DNA of 64,000 nucleotides from Trichoplax sp. H2 (taxonomy: Eukaryota), in the NCBI GenBank assembly GCA_003344405.1, contig NOWV01000021.1:434001-498000 (forward strand), read 5' to 3'. Of this stretch, positions 24,440-38,058 are shown piece after piece. The first letter of the stretch is position 1. Every line of letters begins with the position of its first letter. The translations under genes and the position numbers were made by a program. Under the pieces are notes generated by a model. That model saw nothing but the letters and a program-made list of their open reading frames with translations, was not told the origin of the DNA and did no database searches.

Positions 24440-27400
24440 ATGAGAGCACCAAATTATGTTGTGGTAAATTACGTATTTCGTGATACCGAACATTCCATAT
24501 CACTTGAAATCGATGACAATTTATTAGTCATTGAAATTGAAGAAAAAGCCACACTAGATCAATGGCATGGAGAATTCGATGTCGAATGTAAGTTTTAAAC
24601 ATAACATTTTTTACAATATTAACTACTGTAGCTACGTTAACACATGGAAGAATATCATAATTATCCAGATCATGCTGTATGCGCAATAAGGCAATAAATT
24701 TTATTCTATTCTATAGAGTAAAGATAACTTACCAGTTTGCATTTCTTACTTAAATCTGAACTTTATTCATACCCCTAATCGTTTAATATGTCACTCATAG
24801 ATGTTGAAGAGCTTACCCGTAAAACTGGAAATTTTAAACAGTTTCCTATTTTTGTAAATATGTTAAAAAGTGCCCTACTAAAGGTAAATACTTTATATTT
24901 AATGGAGTGGAAACAATATAATAAATCCTACATTTCTTAAGGAGTAATCAAAGCAATGCCAGAGATGATTAATAGACTAGATAAACACAAAATTTTTCGA
25001 CGTTGTTTTATGCCATTTAATTGACAGAAGCAATCTACCATTTTATTTAAAAAATAGTAAAAATAAGTCGTAGCATAGACAACACCGTTATGATGATTAA
25101 CTGTTAAATTTTATAAATGTACTACAAAATTATAGTAATTGCTCAACAATGTTAGATTACAAAGTTATAGAATTTAATCTAATCGTAACATAAATTAAAT
25201 ACGGTACTTTTCTGGATTGATTCGTTAAATTTAGTTTATTTTCAGATATACTAGTAGCTATTAAGTTATCATTGCATATACTCATTCAGCATCCACGGTG
25301 TTCTTATATTATCTCATTAGAAATAATCTGATAATATATAATATATTGCGATATTGTCTTATTGAAATGCCATTCTTACATTTACTTATTTTTACAGTCG
25401 TCTGATTCCGTTTCTTTGGATTTACTAACTTATACCGATTTGGAACTACTACGCAATCGTAAACTTGGTATAAACACCGCAAATACGTCTCACCCTCCTT
25501 CAACCAGTTTAGCTAATAAAAGATATATTATCTTAACATATACAGTCGAATTTGATAGGTACAGAACTATAAACGATCAATTTTTAGCTTTAGATGTATA
25601 TTTTAGAATATAAAATAAAGAAAATTGCGATTTCGTTACTTATAACTTCTATGAATAAATCTTCAAGAGTAAATAGACAAAAATGATACAATTACAATAC
25701 TTTCATACTACTATCTTAAAATTATTAATAAACAACAGCTTTATACATCTAATAAGTAAATTAAAATATGATGCCAAGGTAACACCCTGTGTTTGCTCTT
25801 AAATTAGAATTCATTATCCATTGCCCCTACGTTATCAAGGTAAACCCGATCCTGCATTACTGCAAGAAACAATTAGAAATTTAAGAGAAGAAAATAGACA
25901 ATTACAAGCTAAGGTATAATATTTTAGTCATTTAAAATATACCAATAAGTGCACACATTTTAACGATATCTGAAGCAAATTTGTTTTCGTCATCGTTACA
26001 AAGACAAATCGCTCTAGCTCTTATAGAAATAGCGACGTAATCAAGATGCAAAAACAGTAAGTTCTCACCGTTATCAAATACGAATATACTCGTATAATAT
26101 ACATAAGCTACATCTTATCATATTAATTCTCGATTAATCCTTACATAGAAATTAATATTAACATTATCAGGATAGATAAATTAAAACAAGAGAAAGAGGA
26201 AATCGAAGAAGCTTTCATTGAATACAGGCGAGAAATAGAGAGTACTTCGAAGGCTGACATTACGAAAGAAATCAAGGTACTTAAAAAAATAATTAAAAAT
26301 CTTGAACAAGAATTACTGAAGGAAAAATCAAGGCATCACCATGTTTCTAATAAAAGGAGCAAAGAGTATCGTAGCTTAATGGAAGAGGTAATCAAGAATG
26401 AATTAGAAGACATTACTTCGCTAATTTTAAATTGTCATTTATGTTAACATGTATCTAATTTTATTTCAGATAGAAGCACTGCGATCAAGTGAGCGAAATC
26501 TGCGAGTTCGATGTAAAAGTCTGAGTAATGAATTGGCATTGCTAAAAAATGAGTATGTAAAAATTATTTTTGCTAATATTTTGATTAGCAATTTTTAAAA
26601 GTGAACGTTTTATTCTATACTTTAAGCAGACGACGATCGATACCGTCTAAATCTCGCTCACGTACCCACTCTCGCGACAATTCCGTACCTAGAAATACAT
26701 CTAGATCAAGAGCTTCTGTATCCGTAGAAAGGCATACCCCTAAGATATCGAATGTATCTCGAAGAAAAAATTGGTCTCCCTCTCCATCAGGTAAACCACA
26801 ATCTATCACTAAGTTGCTAACGTCATTTTGTGAGATGGTAACACAAATTTGAGCTATTTGTTAACATCTTTAACTCTATTGTTATCTATCCATAGGAGCT
26901 AGATACCCAAGATTTGATCCGACTGCGTATCCCTTTTAGCCGTTACGATAGTTATCAACATGATATTTATGCTAGCTTATGGTCCTGTGTAGCTATTTCC
27001 AAGTGTGCACGCGGATAAAATGCTAATTTATGACTTTAATTAAGCATAAAGTATGGTACCAGTTTGGAAAATTATACCTTAACCACTAAATTAGATATGT
27101 AAAAGATAAAGTACAGAAACAGCGCGACAGGGTGGATAGAAAGTACGCACAACTCTACTTTAACAATATCCGATTTTAGGTTAATAACAGCAAAATATGT
27201 TTCTTTACTTGATCAGTAGTCGAAGAGTAAGCCAAAAACAAGGAGAATATCGGCCGCCGAGATCTAGGTCAAATTCATATGAGCGACCACATCGTTCATC
27301 ATCATGTAAGTTTTAGCTTTCTAGTTATACTCTATTCGTAATTAACATAGGTAACAAATCAAACTAGATTAAGACAACATTAAACATAATAAGTACATAC

Positions 27401-28356
27401 ATGATTAGTATCTCCATAGTTATAAATAGTAAGTAGATTTTCGGTTAAGTCAATTCATCGATGTTTTCAAAATTCTAGTACCACGACAACAATCTGGTGT
27501 TAGATCGAGAAATTCTTCAGGTAAATTTATTTCGGTATTCGTCAAGTAGCATTGCCGATCTTCACTTACTCTAGACGATAATTTTATCCTTTGCTTAGTG
27601 GCTAGTAGTAGTAGCCGAGCATCTCGAGGATCCGTAGGAACGAATTCTGATCATTCTTTTCGTGGCTTGCGTAATAAATCAGTTGAAAGGTATACTAAGT
27701 ATATAATTATAGACCTAATTATTATAAACTTGCTGCTAATGGTACTATATAATATAGATGCAGTAATTAATTTATCGTCATCAAAATCAAAAATATTAAT
27801 CTAGTAATGTATATAAATCTTTTATAATATCTAAACTAAGACATAAAAACCGATCAAGCACACCCCAAAGAAGCAAAGCTGACTATTCAAGGAAAGTAAA
27901 TAAGAAAAATAAAGATTCCATGTCTAGAAGAGGTTAGATTGCGATTTTAAATACAATATAATATAGGATGCTAATCTATCATTTTACATTTTACTAATTA
28001 CTTGTTACTACAATCAAATTTTATACTCTTTATCGTCAAGATATTCTTATGATATAGCCAAGAATACAGTATTAAAATTTTTAGCTTACTCTTTAAAATG
28101 TAATTAATTCTTAGAGAATTTTTCGTTATATTATACTATCAAATGATGTTATGCCGCACCATTTTTTACAACTTATTCTTTACTTGATAAAAATTATACA
28201 TATTTCGTAGTGACGCTCAAATTACGATTTCAATTATTGTCTCTAGTTACGGAAAGCAACAACATCGAAAAGTCTGCCAATATGTCAGATATAGATGCAC
28301 GATTAGCTGCTCTTCAGAGCTTTTTATACACGCGCCAGTCGAATTCATCAAGATGA
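24440..28356 (+). CDS. CCDC61: Centrosomal/basal body protein CCDC61 (VFL3, SAS-6-like head domain), multi-exon
   Basis: MRAPNYVVVNYVFRDTEH..DQWHGEFD; VEELTRKTGNFKQFPIFVNMLKSAL; SVSLDLLTYTDLELLRNRK; KRYIILTYTVEFDRIHYPLPLRYQGKPDP; coiled coil; RFDPTAYVK; C-terminal MSDIDARLAALQSFL..* all match CCDC61. Confidence 0.95.
26927..27094 (+). other. U12-type (minor spliceosome) GT-AG intron in CCDC61
   Basis: 5' site GTATCCCTTT, branch site CCTTAAC at 27077-27083 only 11 nt before the 3' end, no polypyrimidine tract; splicing restores RFDPTA|YVK. Confidence 0.8.
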
Positions 28357-29034
28357 AAGGCGTTACAATTCAAACTTGGCTGAAACTTTGAAGCTTTGCA
28401 ATTAATGCAAGATAACCTAAGTCACAATTATGCAAAATAAACTATTATAGAATCTATATTATTCTTTCTTTTAAAGATTGTATAGTTAGCAAATCAATTA
28501 GTGTGATTACGACTTTTGATAGAATACTAAGAAAGCTGTATTTAAACATGCTATAGCCATGAGCTAATGTTTTCTAATTTATTACGCTTTCTTATTCTTT
28601 TTTAAGATCGTTATACTACAGGTATATCCGTACTTCTTTGTAATCTGTATTATTGCATTTTTAGAATGAAGTGCTGACTAACACTACGTGTGTATGCAAG
28701 TTAAGAGCACAAATATCTTGTAGCAACTTATTATACTATAAGATTCTTAATATACTAAAGAATCTTTACTTCGATACTACTTATAAGTTTTTACTGTGCC
28801 TTGCAATGGATTCTTTACTGCGAAATATAATAGATTTTTTAAATACAAGTATTTTCTTACAAGATCTGTATAGGTAATTAACAATTACAGGCTAAGTTAG
28901 TTCGCCTTATTTATCGAGTGAAATTGTTTGGATTCTCAAATTTGTGAAAGATTTCACAAGAATCTCGCGAATCGTTGAATAAAATCGTACTTTTGTCAGA
29001 AAACTGTTTTGGAATGTCATATGAAAGATGGACG

Positions 29035-32000
29035 TCGAATTAGAACGAGAATACAGACTAATGAAAGGCGGACATTAATAATTATAAGGATAGGCCGTAT
29101 TTAAAAAATAATAGAACTCTCACAATTAGAATTTTTCAATATACGGTAATTAGACTATAAAAACTTTTTATTAATTAAAAAGTATGCTTTTGAAATTCCA
29201 GCACTTTTATCAACTAGGAAACACACAACTGTATCAGCAATTCAGCGTGCATCAGCTCGATATATCATTCGTAAACAAGCAGAGTCGAATAAAATATTCT
29301 TTCTGAAATCATAATATCAAAATTATTTTCTCTACCGCTGTACTGGATTATAAGCAGAAATAGTTTTTATTTCGTTGTCTGCTATCCACGAATCTCATCA
29401 GAGTTTCAAGCATATTCGATAGGTTGCCAACAGGCAAAATCAAATTTTGATAGCAACTGTCTATATACTTATAATAATAAAATATTACATATGGAAATAT
29501 AACGAGGGAAACAAAATCAATATACCGTGTTAGAGAGATAATGTTACATTCTTATATCTATTGCAAATATTTTAACATGTTATACTATATTGTAGCGAGA
29601 AATAATCGCGATTCTACAGTATAAACTGAAATAAATCTTGAAAATACGTAACAGTGGATAGTCATAGTAGCCGCTCGATGTATACAACGCAATCTAGCTA
29701 GCTGAAAAATGAGGACAGTTATAAATGTCAAGGTAATGACCAAATATACGATTTAAGAAGACATTGTGAGTATGTAAAGATTTACAAGTAAATTTTTAAT
29801 TGTAATAATAAAGATCTTGAAAACATCTGAGAGTTTCAAATTCTTAAATCTTATACTTGAAAATAAGATGTTATATATGAGAACGATGTGATCAAAATTG
29901 TTTCTGCTAAGCGAATTAAACTACCGCTTGCAAGGAAGATTTAAAATGGATTTTAACTCTACCGTAATGCTGCGAAGTAAAGCAAAGCGATACCGTAGTG
30001 TTGCACCTGTCTCTTATAAAACCTACAGATTCCACACGCATACGCAGTTCAGTAATACATTGTGCGTAAATGATGCAATGCGATACTGCAAATGCATTTA
30101 TTTTATTTAATGTATAGTGTTGTGTACTTAGATTCTGTTCGTGAAACATCAACCTGCTGTTTTAAAGCTCTATCATACTAGTCATTAATAGAAATCTATA
30201 ACGTTACGAGATGTACAGTGGTTATTTTTGGTTTACGGCTCTAGTTAATTCAGTAGATAATTTTATAGCTCTTATTCAAATAATCAACGGTAACTACAAA
30301 GCTAGGCGTCGTCATATATTTGATTACCTGCTCAAGATAAACAATTTTGATTATTTTATCATAGACAAATACGCATACATAATCATATAGAAAAATTTTA
30401 AGTGACATTCAACTCCATCTGATGTATGCTAAAATTACTTCAATTGCTGAGAAGCCAGGTCTTAGCTCCATCAGCTGCGCCTACCTGGGCGAATTCCTTC
30501 TCTTATTTAATAGTATCAATGCATAAACGTCATATTTAGATATCAATAAACTAAATGTTCAAGATTCAAATCAACGTACTAGATAATTCAACTTCATACG
30601 CCTTAAATCACTCTTGTACGATTCTATTTTACTAGATGACTGATAAAGCAGTATGAATTCAACGTCGCTGTAGAAGATATAACTGAAAAATATAGCACGA
30701 ATGTTACAGGCCATATCGCTATTGATATTCTCTTGCTATTACAGTCATAAGGAACTTAAGCCGTTACAAAAATCAAACCAAATTTATCGTGCATCAGTAC
30801 AGGAATGTGAACCCACCGTACCTGTTGCAGTTACCTTTTCAACCAATGATTGAGTACCATTCAAATTTAAAATTGCAAATTTGTATTCATAGCACACCAA
30901 TTTTTCTTGCGTATCCAAGGCTTTTGGAGATGTTATATTCTACAATTTATGTACGTATATAATATCAATTACAGTTAACATCGTCTACTATCCTCTATTT
31001 TACAAATAATACGGCGACCATAAAGTAAGCGTATATACCGTATACTATGCACAAATGTTCATATACCATAATTGACTGCAGTCATGCGAATGCCTATTTT
31101 TTTGTAGGTTTAATGCTGAACACCGCTTGTAAATTTAGTAGTAATATAACAGCAATCTAGATTTCAGTTAAAATGGAAAGATTGATGTATATCTAATAAC
31201 TATAATCACGACCATAAATTATACATGGCGGGAAAAGTATAATCAAACTGTAATGAATGACTAATTTAGCGCAATTGCTTACTCTTTCATGCAATCGCAT
31301 TAATAAACAGGTATAACTTGCAAGCACATATAAATAATGCAATTGTAGTCCTGTGCTAATAATGGTTTGCGTTTCTATCAAGTGCATCAAAACGATCACT
31401 ATTTCGCAACTCTTTATACTTAGAACATGACCGTTGTTATTAACCAATGCAATACTGTATATAGAAAGCAATTTTTGTAAATATTAATAAAATAAAAGGA
31501 TAGCGTACGATAACACTAGTTGCAACAGGTCTCTCTAATTGGTAGTGCATTCATAATCTACAGTAGCAAAAACTTTTACAGCATTAGCCGAGACTAGATT
31601 AATTTCATTTATACTTTACAATAGAATGAGAAAATAAGAAGAAACGTATTTACGCTATAGCATCATCGTATTTATGCTAATAATTCATATATTATGGTAT
31701 ATGAAATAACGCACGTCAAACTGGAATGAGAAATGCAGACTGAAAGGAAGGCGCGTATAAATAGTGGTATATCCGATCTGAAGGAATATATTTATCAATA
31801 ATACAGCCTCTTTGCATTATTGTACTTATGCTAACCATTTATGTCTACAGTACATAGTACACGAAAAATGCACGCCAAAGTAGAACGAGAATATAAACTA
31901 AAAGAAAGGCAAATATTAATAATGACTGGCCACATTTTATAAACTCTTCTGTATTAAAAGTTTTTAAACTATCTTTACTCTACGAAAACTCTTTAGTTAT

Positions 32001-32775
32001 TAAAAATGTCTGTTATTAAAATTTTCATCACTTTCATGGAGTATAGAACGCATAACTGCATTAGCATGTATCTATTTGATATACGCGTATTACTGGTAAA
32101 GAAATAGAGTCGAATAAATTACTTTCACTGGGATCTTATAATACTAGAATTGTTTTTCTCTATTACTTATTGGATTTTAAGAGCAATAATTTTTATTTCG
32201 TTATTAAATATTCATCGTAGTAGTGAATCTTATTAGAACTTTAAAACATTCGATAGATCACTACGTATAACAGGCGATATCAAATACTATCTATGCGCTC
32301 GTAAGGATAAAGTACGTATTATGCACTAAAAAATAAAATGAGGAAAAACAAAATCAATCTATTAGATGATGCTGCACTTATATCTATTGCAGATACTCTA
32401 ACATGCATGTATTGTAGCAAGACATAATTGCGATTCTACTGAAGGAATCGAACCAAATTATAGGTATGTGAAGCTGTGTGTATATACGCGTATACCATAG
32501 CCTGGCTAGCTGACAAATGAGAGAAGTTACGAGAACTAAGGTAATGGCCAAAATACATAATTTAAGAAAAGTGATATGAGAATATATAAATTACAAATGA
32601 ATTTTTAAATCATAATTGTAAAGATCCTGAAAATATGCGAGATTTATATACGTAAGTCTCAAATCTTACATATAAAAATAAATAAATAAAATGTTGTATA
32701 TAAGACCAGTGTGATCCCCCAAAATTACTAGGTGAACTAATCTACGCCAGTGAAATGCAAGATGGATTAAGCTGT
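29035..32775 (+). repeat. Diverged direct segmental duplication: about 29035-29960 versus about 31875-32775
   Basis: Colinear similar blocks: tagaacgagaata (29041/31881), agagtcgaataaa (29281/32106), cttatatctattgca (29551/32377), aaggtaatg.cca (29730/32538), taaagatc.tgaaaa (29809/32619), tgtgatc (29887/32710). Confidence 0.75.
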
Positions 32776-34266
32776 ACAGTAATTACTTTGTCAGTTAATT
32801 TCCAATCCGGTTGTGACTAGATACATCATAAAATGGTTGATCTATTTAAAATAGCTAGCATCAAACATCAGCTTATGAAGATAATTATGGCTACGTAAGA
32901 AAATCTTACCCTGAAATGCATCATTTTTCATCCCTTTTTGCATCTTATCCGCTGCTATCATCCTATGAGTTTCGACCGATTCAATCTTTACCCATACAGC
33001 CTACACATTTACTGTGGAGTACAGTATACGGGAATGTTCTAAACTGAGAATGAAAGAGAAGGGCGAGAAGTTTTGGTGAAAGCTAGCGATTCTCGATCAA
33101 GTAGGCCGCAACCCAAAATGCAATAAGAAAAAAATTCATGATATTCGACACTTTATCTCACTTTTGTTATTCTCCCTAATGTAGTACTATCTTTTGCGTA
33201 CTACTATCTATTGCTAGCTATCTACGTGGGCAAATATCGTACTGCATCCTTCTCGATTATGTCGTCGGTAGCAATGCTTTGTGGTGCTATTTTAAATAAA
33301 TTCAATTTTACCGTCAAATGCTATTACGCGTACAAATTTTGCCTTTGAGACACTTTACTTTTTTGCGCTCTCCCTTCAATCTGTTATGTGCCGTACTAGA
33401 GGAATGCAGTTTTAATTTATTGTTTAAAGGATAGATAGAAACATAGTTGGCTATATCGTCTCAACGAATGATGTAAGAGAACATCTTTGAAAGCGAAAAA
33501 TTAGATAACTGTAAATATCATTTTATCATGGTTTATGGTTTAGTTACGTTTTTGGTATTTTGCTTCTTTAGGCATCCACACGTAGAAATTATCCATGTTC
33601 AAAATAGCCATGGACAGATTGTATTTCTTTAAATTTTAGCATGGATATGAAAAAGATAGCGTAGCGTACAATGGTATAGTATACAGCAACACGTATACAA
33701 TGTATATATAATATATACACATGTTTTGTATATATATATACGTTGTATGCACTTAATCCCTTAATAGATCTGTACCTTGGCGTCGCGTCGTCAGCCAAAT
33801 TATGCGAAAAGTGGAATAATCCCTTCCAAATATACGGTAACAAATGATCTACCCTACCAATTGAATCCTAATCTCCCTTTCATGTTGCTACTATGTCCTG
33901 TAGAGATAAAGTGTATTGGTGATTATGCGGCGCTTACAGTTAGAATGATTTGCCAATTTTTTGGATCAATCTTGATCTTGGCAAAATGGTGAAGAGAGCA
34001 CTAGCGTTGATTGATTGTCCGATATAATAGCAGACAACGATGGTCTGTACTTCAGCAGCCGTAGCAGAGTGCGGATCACCTTAGTGCTGTATTATGCCAG
34101 GATCATTTTTGATCTGCATCGAGTATTGTATATACAGTAGAGTAAAAGCATTTCTCATTGCAGCGACATCTTCTAGCAAGAAGCGCATCCATCCTTGGCT
34201 TTTGCTAGCATGTGAATTTGGACATCAACACGATCAGGCTTGTCATTTGGGCTGTTCAATGGTTCA

Positions 34267-34594
34267 AGGCAGGGCGGAGCCAATGGAATCAGTTCACTGG
34301 TGAATCAATAGGTACAAATGCACCGCTGCAACAGTAAATCAAGATTCTCATCGACTTGAAAATAGCGAAATAAGGAGATGCTGTAAAATGGCAAGGCCAC
34401 GCTATTTCAGCCTTATTTTGCTACTTGTTCAGGGCGGGCGGAGCCAATGGAATCAGTTCACTGGTGAATCAACAGGTACAAATGCACCGCTGGCAACAGT
34501 AAATCAAGATTCTCATCGACTTGAAAATAGCGAAATAAGGAGATGCTGTAAATGGCAAGGCCACGCCATTTCAGCCTTATTTTGCTACTTGTTC
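34267..34594 (+). repeat. Near-identical tandem duplication of an about 165 bp unit that begins with a GC-box/CCAAT-like motif
   Basis: 'gggcggagccaatggaatcagttcactggtgaatcaa..cagccttattttgctacttgttc' occurs twice (from about 34272 and about 34436). Confidence 0.9.
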
Positions 34595-34870
34595 CATTTT
34601 TAGTCTCCTGTCTAAATCCACTCAACCTTGGGATTTCTGGCGTACAGTACAGTACGGTATTGTATTGCACCCACTTGGTACACAGTCAATACACACAGCG
34701 CTGTAGTGTACAGTATAATTGATGGTTTTACTTCTTCTTGGACTGTGCTCTACGTTAGTATCGTACTTGTACATAGTGGTACTGTACCGTTGGATTTTTT
34801 TTCACCTTTATTGTACCGTATTTGTACGTACTGGGTCGTGAGTAAGATCAAATAGATGAGATGATAGTAG

Positions 34871-35766
34871 GCGTATAAAGTTCAAACTCTTGCCAATACT
34901 GAACACTTGCAATCGCTTGTCACCGCGCTACCGCCTCGGCTTAGCCCTGGATACAACAAAGCAAATCAAGATTAATTGCTTTAACAGGTACAGTATATTC
35001 AAGCCTTGAGGGCATAAGAAAGATGAAAATAGGAATTCATGGATTGATCAACGATGAGCTGGATTGTATCGATAGAAATGATAGGACGCGTATAAAGTTC
35101 AAACTCTTGCCAATACTGAACACTTGCAATCGCTTGTCACCGCGCTACCGCCTCGGCTCAGCCCTGGCTGGATACAACAAAGCAAATCAAGATTAATGCT
35201 TTAACAGGTACAGTATATTCAAGCCTTGAGGGCATAAGAAAGATGAAAATAGGAATTCATGGATTGATCAACGATGAGCTGGATTGTATCGATAGAAATG
35301 ATAGGACGCGTATAAAGTTCAAGCTCTTGTCAATACTGAACACTTGCAATCAGCTGTCACCGCGCTACCGCCTCGCCTCGGCTTAGCCCTGGCTGGATAC
35401 AACAAAGCAAATCTACATTACTGCATTAGCATGTACTGTATATTCAAACCTTGAGGGCATAAGAAAGATGAAAATAGGAACTCATGGATTGATCAAGATG
35501 AACGATGGGCTGGATTGTATCGATAGAAATGATAGGACGCGTATAAAGTTCAAGCTCTTGTCAATACTGGACATTTGCAATCAGCTGTCACCGCGCTACC
35601 GCCTCGTCTTAGCCCTGGCTGGATACAACAACAAAGCAAATCTACATTACTGCATTAGCATGTACTGAATATTCGAGCCTCGAGGGCATAAGAAAGATGA
35701 AAATAGGAATTCATAGATTGATCAAGATAAAAGATGGGCTGGATTGTATCGGTAGAAATGATAGGA
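34871..35766 (+). repeat. Tandem array of four 217-231 bp units
   Basis: Units start with gcgtataaagttcaa at 34871, 35088, 35308 and 35539; each contains gtcaccgcgctaccgcctcg and gagggcataagaaagatgaaaatagg. Confidence 0.95.
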
Positions 35767-37242
35767 TACCTTAATCAAAACAACAACAACAAGGAAACTA
35801 ACGAATACAGAATGAAGTAAAAGAAGCGATTGCGAACAGTCGATGGCGATCGCAAACGACGTGACGCAATGGGTGCAGCGTATTAGAGTGCTAACGAGCC
35901 GAGGGCTCTTGCATCTCGATAGCATCTGCCATAGCCAACAGGTGAAAATAAAAGTTTCCGCTACCTCAACGCGATAGTAAGTTACTCGGCGACGTAAAAG
36001 TGTGATAGCTGAGAACTCTTGAAAATGGAACAATGTACTAGTTGTCTCTGATTCATTTTAGACGTACATACGAATACTGCATCCATCACGCAGGAAAGAA
36101 ATGGATATCAATAATGAGACGTTGCTCTTTAAATTGCATAACGCACTGTATTTCTGGATGCTACGCATTCAGTTTTAGGTTCCTCCTACATCACTGGATA
36201 GTATTATAGTTTACCGTCTAATTGAGCATGGTTGGCTCAAAAGTTATCTGACCTCGGCTATATCTCAACTGTAAGACAACTCATGCAAGATGCGATCACG
36301 CGAATAAAACGTGAATATACCTGTTGGAATGGCCTGAGTACACGGCATACACATGAACAGTGCTGGTAGATTGATGAACTGTATCTTAATCAAGATAGGC
36401 CTTTCTCCAATCAAAAGACTCCATCTCTTGCTGCACTTTATAAATAGCATGGTTGTAGATTCTCTAAGTGGATACTGTCATTTCCGGTGGTGAATAAAAA
36501 CCTACATTTTAGTGACATTCTTACTTTGAATGTCGTTTCCCATTGGAATCTACTTTTCATCAGAGAACGTGTAAGTTTAGCCAAAATTATAGAAAATAAA
36601 CTAACCAATAACGCTGTTAATATGCGTAGAGTTATATTTTGTTTCTTGAACTTGATCGAATAGACACTATAACTCGAATTCCTTTTTGCTATAAACTATT
36701 TTACACTTTTTGCAATCGAAAAGTGTTGACGTACTCATTACATAGATAGGTCAATCTATTTTCAAAGCTGTAATAATTGCAATACTTCCAATGAAGCAAA
36801 AATTTATTGGCTGTATATTGATAACACTCCAACATTGGTTAGCGGTACTCGGTTTAGTACTTCTCTAAATTACGTCGTCTGCAGGCGAGCGCTACACATA
36901 GCTATAACAAATAAAATGGGTTAAATGAGTAAGTGGGTAAATCGGCAGTGATGACATGGGCTATCGGTTTAAATACACTATGATTAGGGTCGAAATGCTA
37001 TCCAAAACAAGATTAAAATAAATATAAAGGAGAATTTACCAACCTGTTACATTCCGCAAAAAATATATTCAGTCCAAACAGCGCACGCCAGTGCTGTATC
37101 ATATACGAATTGTAGGATTGTAAGAAAATGGCGTACTCCAAAGATCGGTGTCACATCTATGTTATTCACCCTAAATTTGTTCTTCTGCAAACTCCTGGTC
37201 TTCACTTGAATCAACTATCTCATCTTATCGCTGCAAAGTGAG

Positions 37243-38058
37243 TCATATTTTATAGATCCGCGGACAGTAACGAATTCTCGTGTAAACTCTGAACGTAATT
37301 CAGAATTTAAGGGTATAGTACATACATAGAAGCTTACCCATAGAGGTAATAGAAAATTTTTTATTACCCCTATGCGCTTACCCTAGGCGGAACTGTTAGC
37401 CCTGAAACGGCACGCACATTCGAAAGATAAACATCCAAAGCTAATAGCACTTCTGAAAGTACAACACATTGCATGGTTAAATTTCGGGAAAACTAATGCA
37501 ATAGGCACATGAAATTTTAATGTTTAAACATCACTAATTCCATCTTAAATTATCAAGCATTATTTGAAATTCTATGATTAACTATATGCGTGCCATCTGC
37601 ATTTTATGCATCTAAGATCTACTAATGCATACGAAAGATGTGAACGGCATATCATAAACCATACAATACANNNNNNNNNNNNNNNNNNNNTCATATTTTA
37701 TAGATCCGCGGACAGTAACGAATTCTCGTGTAAACTCTGAACGTAATTCAGAATTTAAGGGTATAGTACATACATAGAAGCTTACCCATAGAGGTAATAG
37801 AAAATTTTTTATTACCCCTATGCGCTTACCCTAGGCGGAACTGTTAGCCCTGAAACGGCACGCACATTCGAAAGATAAACATCCAAAGCTAATAGCACTT
37901 CTGAAAGTACAACACATATCACTAATTCCATCTTAAATTATCAAGCATTATTTGAAATTCTATGATTAACTATATGTGTGCCATCTGCATTTTATGCATC
38001 TAAGATCTACTAATGCATACGAAAGATGTGAACGGCATATCATAAACCATACAATACA
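37243..38058 (+). repeat. Near-identical duplication flanking an N-gap (37243-37670 versus 37691-38058), probably an assembly overlap of two haplotypes
   Basis: The sequence right after the gap restarts at tcatattttatagatccgcgg; the copies differ by an about 60 bp indel and a SNP. Confidence 0.85.

Noticed and set aside
33930..34010. Globin-like fragment (HHFAKIKIDPKNW, minus strand)
   Set aside because: Preceded by an in-frame stop, with no other globin helices; chance resemblance.
34871..35766. CRISPR array
   Set aside because: Whole units of about 220 bp repeat with no unique spacers, there are no cas genes, and the context is eukaryotic.
36215..36275. LINE reverse transcriptase remnant (WLKSYLT)
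   Set aside because: One short motif followed by a stop, with no flanking RT motifs such as GVPQGS or YADD.
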